Source of the DNA: Promethearchaeota archaeon
GTDB lineage: Archaea; Asgardarchaeota; Lokiarchaeia; Sigyniarchaeales; SOKP01
Direction: 5' to 3'
Assembly: GCA_048940645.1 (NCBI GenBank)
Contig: JBHLOI010000048.1
Coordinates: 1-23,975 of the forward strand
DNA: 23,975 nucleotides
Part shown: positions 17,415-23,975 of the stretch, in pieces
How positions within the stretch are numbered: the stretch's first letter is position 1
How the letters are laid out: each line of letters begins with the position of its first letter
Program-made: the position numbers and the translations under genes
Notes under the pieces: generated by a model
What the model saw: only the letters and a program-made list of their open reading frames with translations
Told to the model about the DNA's origin: nothing
Databases searched by the model: none

Positions 17415-18062
17415 CTATCTCCAGAAATGGATGAAATCAGAAAAAATTGGACCAATCCAGTAGTAAAATTCGACCCATAATTGATATGTAAATCCAAGAT
17501 ATAAGAAAGCGTAAATAAAAGCAAAAATAAACCCAAAAATTACATCAATTGGAAAGTGAACTCCTAAGATAAGCCGCGAAATAGCCATCACAATATCTAA
17601 ACCAAAGAAGATGATGAATATATAAAAATTATTGAAATACCAAGCAAATATTATTCCAAAAAAAAGAAAAAACGAAACATGACCGCTTGGAAAAGATTTT
17701 TGTTCAGATTCTGACATTAAGTATGGGATTCTTATAAAATCATCATGCTTTTTTACCCCCTTGCTTTCTAAAATAACATAAGGCCGTTTTCTTCTTATTA
17801 AACGATATCTAATAAGGCTATGAATTACTACACTCTGTTCGAATCCGCTTGTGAAAATCACGAGTAAGTAATAATCCTTTGTGATATAAGCATAGATAAA
17901 CCATACTAACCAGAGCCCTCCCCAAAAATAAAGACTACCAAAGAAGGAATATATTTCAGCGAAAATTTTAGTTCGTTTGCTAAAATCACTATTATATAAA
18001 TTTAGGAAGACTCTATGGTCCCAATCCTCTAGTTTTCCAATATATTCAGAAAGAAAAGACAT
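17415..18062 (-). CDS. PAP2 family membrane phosphatase
   Basis: C1 R..I.R.RP, C2 SFPSGH and C3 SRLILGVHFPIDV motifs. Confidence 0.92.
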   Translation of the reverse strand: MSFLSEYIGKLEDWDHRVFLNLYNSDFSKRTKIFAEIYSFFGSLYFWGGLWLVWFIYAYITKDYYLLVIFTSGFEQSVVIHSLIRYRLIRRKRPYVILESKGVKKHDDFIRIPYLMSESEQKSFPSGHVSFFLFFGIIFAWYFNNFYIFIIFFGLDIVMAISRLILGVHFPIDVIFGFIFAFIYAFLYLGFTYQLWVEFYYWIGPIFSDFIHFWR

Positions 18063-18287
18063 AGCATTAAATTCTTATTGGATGATTTACTTTTATAAAT
18101 TGAAATATTAAAACTTTATCCTACTATTAATAATTTTGATACTTTTAATCTTATAGTAAAGATTTTTTCAAACTTTTATCCACTATGTAGAATCAACAAC
18201 ATTTATATAGAATAAACAATATATAAATTTAAATAATACAATAGTATTCTCTATATTTTAAAATAAAAATGTAAGGTGAAAATCAAT

Positions 18288-18815
18288 ATGGTTGAAAAAA
18301 AGTATGCTGGATTTTCAGAAGAACACTTACGCAGAATTGCTTTAAAGAAGGTACAATTTAGAATGTCAATTAAAATACACACAGGAATATTTATTGTAGT
18401 TAATATTTTAATGCTAATTCTAAATTTATTTTTTAGTCCAAATAATCTTTGGGTTATTTTTCCATTCTTTGGATGGTTAATTGGACTTGCTGAGCATATA
18501 GCTACTTATGTTGTTTACGCAAGGGGAATATACCCTGGAGCCAAGAGAGGAGTGCTTTTTCATTCTGTTGCTTATATTTTTGTTATTTTATATCTCTTTA
18601 TTATAAACATACTTGTAACTCCTGATTTTTACTGGGTAATATTTCCAACAATATTCTGGGGTACAGCATTAATTATTCATTTAATAGCATATTTCATATA
18701 TCGTCGACCTTTCATTGATAGGGAGGGCACCTTAAAATCTAAAACCGATCGTGCCGTAGAGAAAGAGTTAGAGAAGATGAAAAAGAAAATGAATCAGAAG
18801 GGTGTATTAAGTTAG
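18288..18815 (+). CDS. Membrane protein with two tandem 2TM domains
   Basis: Two copies of H...(F/Y)..V...L..(L/I)N....P...WVIFP...W...L..H, then a C-terminal AVEKELEKMKK helix typical of 2TM proteins. ATG 18288 follows an AAGGTGA SD; alternative GTG at 18276. Confidence 0.8.
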   Translation: MVEKKYAGFSEEHLRRIALKKVQFRMSIKIHTGIFIVVNILMLILNLFFSPNNLWVIFPFFGWLIGLAEHIATYVVYARGIYPGAKRGVLFHSVAYIFVILYLFIINILVTPDFYWVIFPTIFWGTALIIHLIAYFIYRRPFIDREGTLKSKTDRAVEKELEKMKKKMNQKGVLS

Positions 18816-19462
18816 TGTGGCTTGGTAAATTCCTAAACCTTGAAGAAGATCTGGATGAATTAAAAAATAAACTAAAACAAGGTATTTTAGAAAATATTAA
18901 AAGGAATAAAATTACACCTCTTGAATTTACCATTATTGAAACGATCTTCAATAGCAAGGAATTATCTGGATATGATCTTATATTAAATTTGAATAGACAT
19001 TTCGCTGGTACTTGGGAAGCTCAATCTGGCACAATTTATCCGATGTTATCAAAATTAAAAAAGGAAAATTTTTTAAAATTTAGACCTGTAAAAAGTCCAT
19101 TAGGTCCAATTAGAAAAGTTTATTCCTTAACAGAAGCAGGAGAAGAGATTCTCAAGGTGAAAGTTAATAAAAACTTTGAAGACCAACTAAGATTTATTGA
19201 GAATTTCCTTGTAGAACTCTCTTCAATTTACATCCAGTCATACCCTGACAACGAAAGAGATCAAAGGATGGAAGAGGTAAAAAATAGTTTGAAAGAAATT
19301 TTTGAAAATGCTGTAAAAAAAATACCCCCCACCCTTAACTTTAAAGCAAGGTGTTCAGAGTGTGGAGCTGAAATTAATAGACAAGCATTATTTTGCCCGA
19401 TATGTGGAGCTGCCATAACTTCTAAAGATAATGATAATAATAAAGCAAAATCTACTGAATAA
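18815..19462 (+). CDS. PadR-family transcriptional regulator with C-terminal zinc ribbon
   Basis: LSGYDLI..L......W....GTIYPMLSKL...........RKVYSLTEAG PadR winged helix; C-terminal CSECG...FCPICG. Start overlaps the upstream stop by 1 nt (TAGTG). Confidence 0.9.
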   Translation: MWLGKFLNLEEDLDELKNKLKQGILENIKRNKITPLEFTIIETIFNSKELSGYDLILNLNRHFAGTWEAQSGTIYPMLSKLKKENFLKFRPVKSPLGPIRKVYSLTEAGEEILKVKVNKNFEDQLRFIENFLVELSSIYIQSYPDNERDQRMEEVKNSLKEIFENAVKKIPPTLNFKARCSECGAEINRQALFCPICGAAITSKDNDNNKAKSTE

Positions 19463-19566
19463 TTTAAATTAACTGTGGATTTTATTTTAATCCTTTTTTT
19501 CAAAAATTAGGAAAAATATAATTGAAAGTTATATGAATTCAGTCTATTTCAGTATTTTCAGTTAAG

Positions 19567-20136
19567 TTAAGTTTTAACTATTGCATTAATATAGAAAGAT
19601 GCTATGATAAGTGAACCTCCTGTAATAATATATATTAATCTCCAATAATATAAACCCAAAAAGTTAAAGATGACGAAAGAAAAAATCAGGAACCCAAGAA
19701 AAACAACTAGAGAGATTATTACATTAGTTCTATTTTCTTGTTTAGGGAATATATTATTGAGAGAGAACTCGTACATAGTTGGAATTGAAAACCCACAGAA
19801 AGGACCACTTACGATTGTTAAGATGATATAGTGTTCAGATCTCCAAGTAATTGAGAAAAAGATCAGTAAGAATGCCGAAATAAGAAGGGTTACCATAAAG
19901 ATCAATGTACTTTGGATTTTCTCCTTGAATTTAAAACTTACTAAAAAAACTACGATAAAAAGTATAAAACTAATTGTACTATAATCTGCTATAAGAAGAT
20001 TACTGAGATACCAAGAATAATAATATTCTGGTATAAGTGGCAATATAAATGCTGTAATCATGTAAAAAGGCAATAATAATACACTGAATACTGAAATAAT
20101 ATTTATGGTATGTTTTGAAATATTTTTAATATTCAT
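19567..20136 (-). CDS. Hypothetical 6-TM membrane protein resembling one half of an MFS transporter
   Basis: Six hydrophobic segments; SGPFCGFSIP and GLYYWRLIYIITG resemble MFS TM4 and the 'WR' entry to TM6. Motif A is not recognisable. Confidence 0.6.
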   Translation of the reverse strand: MNIKNISKHTINIISVFSVLLLPFYMITAFILPLIPEYYYSWYLSNLLIADYSTISFILFIVVFLVSFKFKEKIQSTLIFMVTLLISAFLLIFFSITWRSEHYIILTIVSGPFCGFSIPTMYEFSLNNIFPKQENRTNVIISLVVFLGFLIFSFVIFNFLGLYYWRLIYIITGGSLIIASFYINAIVKT

Positions 20137-20236
20137 AAAATTAATTTATATTAAATGCTTTTAAAAGTTTTTTCAAATTAAAACTTGCTAAAAGTCATGA
20201 GTAAAAGTTTATAAAGTATACAATAAATAATTTATT

Positions 20237-22318
20237 ATGTCTAAGCTATTCAAATTAAGGCTTGCTTTTATTCTATTAATAGTGGGTATAGGTTTAATAC
20301 CAACTGCCTTTCTAGCTAACGGGTATTTTCGAGATCAAGTCCCCGCCAATGCATCAGAAACACTTTTAATTCTTAAAAATGAAGGAATTTCATATGTAGA
20401 GGAAGAATTTAAAGGATTAGGCATTCCAGAAATTCTTCCCCAGATGATGGAGGATGAAATATCTGATCTTGAAGAAGATATTGCAAAAATAAAACCAATT
20501 CCTGAATTTCTGATATTTGCTAAAAATGAAGTTATTAATGGGTTTCCTCGAATAATTAATGGTTCAACTGCTGCAGAAGAAATAGATGGTGTAATATCTT
20601 TAGTTCAAGTACAGAACCTTACAAGTACAGCTGATGCTAGGAATCAATTCTTTAATAATTATGAATTTCAAGATAATTATTCTACTCCGTTTGAAGGTGT
20701 TTCTGAGCGTATGATGGGATCAGTTAGTCTTAATTATTCTGGTTTTGCTCGAGCAAGATTGCTTGATGGTTATACATATAATGGTACAGCATATCCAGGT
20801 TTAATTACTGATCTTAATTTTGGAAGAGGACTTAATAATTGGCTTGATTTCTATTCTTATGCTAAATCAGACATCGGAACGAACAGATCATTAATTCAAT
20901 TAGTTTATAATTGTTCCTGGTCATCAGGTCAGCTCCAGAATTTATCAGCTTATATAAAAACATATATGTGGAATGTCTTAGTATTTAACTATTATGATTC
21001 AAAAGGTATTGCTTTCCCTGCTGAATATGAATTTTACGCTCAATGGGCAAATTTAAGCTTTTACAATAACCCAATTAATTTAAATCTTTTTAGTGATATA
21101 ATCAATCGAAGTATAACTGGTATAGAAGCAGCATATCCCAGTGCAACATATATACGATCTTCAACAGCAATAGATTTATGGGATTCGACTAATTCTTCTT
21201 CCTTTGTTAATGATACCGGGTTTTTAAAATGGGAATTAGCGAGGGGTACTAGTAATGAATCACTGGATATGCAAAATGAATTAGGTAGTACTTTTAATAT
21301 ATCTCAAACTCAAGTAGATCAAATTATTGCATGGTTATTTACCCCAGTAAAACAGAACCTTATTCCAAACTTAATGAAATTTCCTGAACCTTATGGATAT
21401 GGTATGAATATAACACAGTATTCAGAAGTTTTGTTTTATGAACAGTGGGCAAATGGGACTGTTGTTACAGATGGAATTGAATTACAACAAGGATATAAGG
21501 GTATTGAAGCATGCATCGTCTATAACAATACTTCCATGGAAATATTGTATATCGATAAAACTAATATTTCATTAGAAACAACTCAAGATATGTTTGATGA
21601 AACTAATAGTTCATCATTTATAAACAGGAATGGAATTTTGAAGTGGATCGAAGCCGCAGAAGGAGACGTGATAGTTCAAAATGAATTGGTCTCAACATTC
21701 AATTTAAGTATAGAGCAAATAAATTTAATAAATAATTGGTTATTCTCCGACTTTAGATATAATATAATACCACATCTTGTAAACCGCTACCCTATAACAA
21801 CATGTAAAGAGTATAGGAATTCATTGGACGAATTTGCAGAGGTTGAATTTTACCGCCAATGGGCAAATGGATCGCTATTTACTGAAGGAATTGATATTGC
21901 ACCTTTCTTATCATTAGGGTCTCCAATTAAAAATTTTGAGATTGGAATAAATCTGAATTGTTTCCAATCAAGACTTTTATGGGATGAAGATAACTACTAC
22001 TCATTTGTTAATCGAAAAGGAATATCAATTTGGTACGAAGCTTTGGAATCTTCTAATCATTACAACGAACTTAGGTCATCTAATACTAATTTTAACTTAA
22101 CCGATAGTGATATGAGTACTATCTTAGATTGGTTAATTTTTATTAGAGACAATTTGACCCTTCAATATACACAATTAAAATATAATTTACCAGCAAATTA
22201 TTATATACTAGCTGATTGGTATTTTATGGGAATAATGATAGGTGCTATTGGATTTTCGAGCTTTGGTTTAATTCTTGGAGTGATTTTGTTAGTTTTCCAA
22301 AAAAAAGATGAAAGATAA
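20237..22318 (+). CDS. Large surface glycoprotein with N- and C-terminal TM segments and ~135-aa 'FYxQWAN' repeats
   Basis: Hydrophobic segments at about aa 9-27 and aa 662-687, a short charged tail (QKKDER), about 25 N-x-S/T sequons by manual count, and three clear internal repeats. Confidence 0.85.
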   Translation: MSKLFKLRLAFILLIVGIGLIPTAFLANGYFRDQVPANASETLLILKNEGISYVEEEFKGLGIPEILPQMMEDEISDLEEDIAKIKPIPEFLIFAKNEVINGFPRIINGSTAAEEIDGVISLVQVQNLTSTADARNQFFNNYEFQDNYSTPFEGVSERMMGSVSLNYSGFARARLLDGYTYNGTAYPGLITDLNFGRGLNNWLDFYSYAKSDIGTNRSLIQLVYNCSWSSGQLQNLSAYIKTYMWNVLVFNYYDSKGIAFPAEYEFYAQWANLSFYNNPINLNLFSDIINRSITGIEAAYPSATYIRSSTAIDLWDSTNSSSFVNDTGFLKWELARGTSNESLDMQNELGSTFNISQTQVDQIIAWLFTPVKQNLIPNLMKFPEPYGYGMNITQYSEVLFYEQWANGTVVTDGIELQQGYKGIEACIVYNNTSMEILYIDKTNISLETTQDMFDETNSSSFINRNGILKWIEAAEGDVIVQNELVSTFNLSIEQINLINNWLFSDFRYNIIPHLVNRYPITTCKEYRNSLDEFAEVEFYRQWANGSLFTEGIDIAPFLSLGSPIKNFEIGINLNCFQSRLLWDEDNYYSFVNRKGISIWYEALESSNHYNELRSSNTNFNLTDSDMSTILDWLIFIRDNLTLQYTQLKYNLPANYYILADWYFMGIMIGAIGFSSFGLILGVILLVFQKKDER
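21020..22140 (+). repeat. Three protein-level tandem repeats within the 693-aa gene
   Basis: QWAN codons start at 21041, 21443 and 21857 (spacing 402 and 414 nt = 134 and 138 aa). Each unit also has (L/M)(W/F)D..N..SF(V/I)N..G...W, NEL...FN(I/L)(S/T) and I..WL. Confidence 0.9.
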
Positions 22319-22461
22319 AATAATTAAAATATCTCTTTTTCTTAATTTTCTTATAGTTAGCATTTAACATTTCAGCACTATTTCACTATCTACTTAAATT
22401 AATTTTTAAGTATCACAAATTAAAAGTAAAAAAATTTATTTAATTATATATTTTTCTTATT

Positions 22462-23727
22462 TTACTCAGGAAATATTCCATATTTTTTAAAGACCTTAAT
22501 CAATTCTTCATTTGCTAAAAGTTTCATAATATCTGACATTGGAGCTAAGACTTCATCTTTTTTTAATTGTCTTTTGTTACTAATTCTTCCTTCTTTTACT
22601 TCAAAAGCATTTTGCGACCAACTATATTCGTCATTAAAGGTAAACCAAATATCTTTATATGCTCCTTCCTGTCCACCATCTCCTGCTAGTGGTTTTTCTT
22701 CGATAGGAACTTCTGGATCTTGTAGATAACACCAATCCAAAATGACCCATTCTAAATTTCTCTCAGATTCAGGTCTATCAGCCAGATATATACAATAAGC
22801 ATGACCTCCAAGTTCAGAATCAGAGGGGGCGAATACGGGGTCAGCCACAACCTGAGCAGCACAAACTTTAACTCGCCATGAGGGGATTCCTGCATTAATC
22901 AATAAACTCGCTATAAGAATAGCACCATCTTCACAGTCACCTATCTCAGATTGAATTGATTCAAAAGGAAATTGCCAAAATTCAGGGCAATCAACCGATT
23001 CATCATCATATTTATATTTGAGGAAATTACAAACAAAATTTTGTATAGCATGGGCAGTTTCGTTTGGGGTATCTCTCCTTAGACCAACTTGGGTAATGAC
23101 ATGCCATAAGATGGCATCATCCTTTTTGATAAAAGTCTTTACATCCGCATCAATTTGTTTTCTATAGGATTCACCTCTTAACGCCCTCCCCGTGTAAATT
23201 ATTGGTGCTGTTTCCCATTTATTATTCCAATAATCTGGACCATAATCTCCAAAATCACCTTTAAATTCTTCGATAGGTATATATTCAATGGGTTTAATAG
23301 GTGTTGGGGCAGGTTCTTTTTTAGGTTTTGGCTTTTTAGGCGCACCTTCTAGATCTTTAGCCTTCTCAATCCAGTTCTCTAAATCTTTCAGAGCTGGAAC
23401 CTTACTTAGAAGTTTTGGTTTTTCGTTGCTTAATTGCTTTAGTTTTTCTAAAGTACTTTTAGCATTCCTATAAGCAAATTCTTTTACTGAATCAATTCCG
23501 ATTAAATTTAAACCATTTGCGATTATCGGATCAACCCCTTCAATCCGCATTAAGTCAGCGTGTTCTTGCCAGGTATCAAGTGTTTTTACTGAAACTCCAA
23601 TACTTCTTGCTAATTTCTTGATCTGATAAGGTGTTAATGAGAGTAAATCTTCGATTTCCCTAATCCCAGCTTTTTCCAAGAGTTTTGCATGCTTATCTTC
23701 TAATCCTACAATATCAATCAATTTCAT
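22462..23727 (-). CDS. DUF4332 (tandem helix-hairpin-helix) domain fused to a transglutaminase-like cysteine-protease domain
   Basis: N-terminal MKLIDIVGL...AGI..IEDLL...W..HADLMRIEGV...G.DSVKE.A.RN...P.....NWIEKAK matches DUF4332. A Pro/Lys linker follows, then EFWQFP.E....GDCEDGAIL...GGHAY...ILDW giving a Cys-His-Asp triad. ATG 23727 preferred over 23739. Confidence 0.87.
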   Translation of the reverse strand: MKLIDIVGLEDKHAKLLEKAGIREIEDLLSLTPYQIKKLARSIGVSVKTLDTWQEHADLMRIEGVDPIIANGLNLIGIDSVKEFAYRNAKSTLEKLKQLSNEKPKLLSKVPALKDLENWIEKAKDLEGAPKKPKPKKEPAPTPIKPIEYIPIEEFKGDFGDYGPDYWNNKWETAPIIYTGRALRGESYRKQIDADVKTFIKKDDAILWHVITQVGLRRDTPNETAHAIQNFVCNFLKYKYDDESVDCPEFWQFPFESIQSEIGDCEDGAILIASLLINAGIPSWRVKVCAAQVVADPVFAPSDSELGGHAYCIYLADRPESERNLEWVILDWCYLQDPEVPIEEKPLAGDGGQEGAYKDIWFTFNDEYSWSQNAFEVKEGRISNKRQLKKDEVLAPMSDIMKLLANEELIKVFKKYGIFPE

Positions 23728-23901
23728 TATTATTACCAAGAAATTTAAATAAAATTAATTTATAGAAAAAATTAATTAGTAAAAATATTAATTGCTTATT
23801 TTAAAAGATTTTACTAATTAACACACTAAAAAATTGGATTAAAAAATAATATATAGAAGCAATAAAAGAAAACTTTAGTTTTTCTTTGAAAAAGATACAA
23901 A

Positions 23902-23975
23902 TGGCGGGGGGGAGATTTGAACTCCCGAAGGCCTTTGCCACTGGATCTTAAGTCCAGCACCTATAATCGGTCTTG
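23902..23975 (-). tRNA. tRNA-Leu (anticodon UAA), 5' end beyond the window
   Basis: Minus strand: anticodon arm CTGGA-CTTAAGA-TCCAG (anticodon at 23950-23948), variable arm GGC-AAAG-GCC, T arm GGGAG-TTCAAAT-CTCCC, acceptor 3' strand CCCCGCC with discriminator A. Confidence 0.9.

Noticed and set aside
823-23473. Short ORFs in the track that overlap larger genes (823-1038, 1127-1438, 2974-3249, 5185-5451, 6304-6645, 7219-7407, 7244-7477, 7901-8131, 10704-10895, 11625-11945, 12618-12836, 13522-13809, 15607-15804, 16949-17155, 18739-18957, 19261-19503, 23288-23473)
   Set aside because: All are antisense to well-supported genes and show no recognisable motifs; treated as shadow ORFs.
23902-23975. 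tRNA 3' segment as the attachment site of an integrated element
   Set aside because: No integrase, no second copy of the tRNA end in the window, and the flanking genes look chromosomal.

Overview
AT-rich archaeal chromosomal window (about 30% GC by eye). The combination of eL37, an Sm/Lsm protein, a stand-alone Roadblock/LC7 protein, archaeal SepF, SepCysS, DUF35-thiolase modules and an archaeal-type tRNA-Leu suggests an Asgard (Lokiarchaeia-like) archaeon; this placement is inference. It holds about 25 CDSs and a tRNA-Leu(UAA) cut by the right edge; I saw no CRISPR array or mobile element. Recognisable genes: nadA, pscS (SepCysS), a gamma-carbonic-anhydrase-like protein, a ThiF/MoeB E1-like enzyme, rpl37e, Lsm, a 2-hydroxyacyl-CoA dehydratase/benzoyl-CoA reductase subunit pair, sepF, a GH13 alpha-glucosidase, a nitroreductase, an MFS transporter, a PAP2 phosphatase and a PadR regulator. 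Most interesting: (i) a DUF35 / Ltp4-like / Ltp3-like / DUF35 operon whose thiolase-fold proteins lack the nucleophilic Cys, resembling the actinobacterial branched-sterol side-chain retro-aldolase; (ii) a 693-aa surface protein anchored at both ends, with about 25 N-glycosylation sequons and ~135-aa 'FYxQWAN' repeats; (iii) next to it, a DUF4332 helix-hairpin-helix domain fused to a transglutaminase-like (LapG/BTLCP-type) domain with an intact Cys-His-Asp triad; (iv) a Roadblock gene coupled to an E1-like enzyme lacking the crossover-loop Cys; (v) a stand-alone half-MFS-like protein. All family calls come from motif recognition by eye, not database searches.
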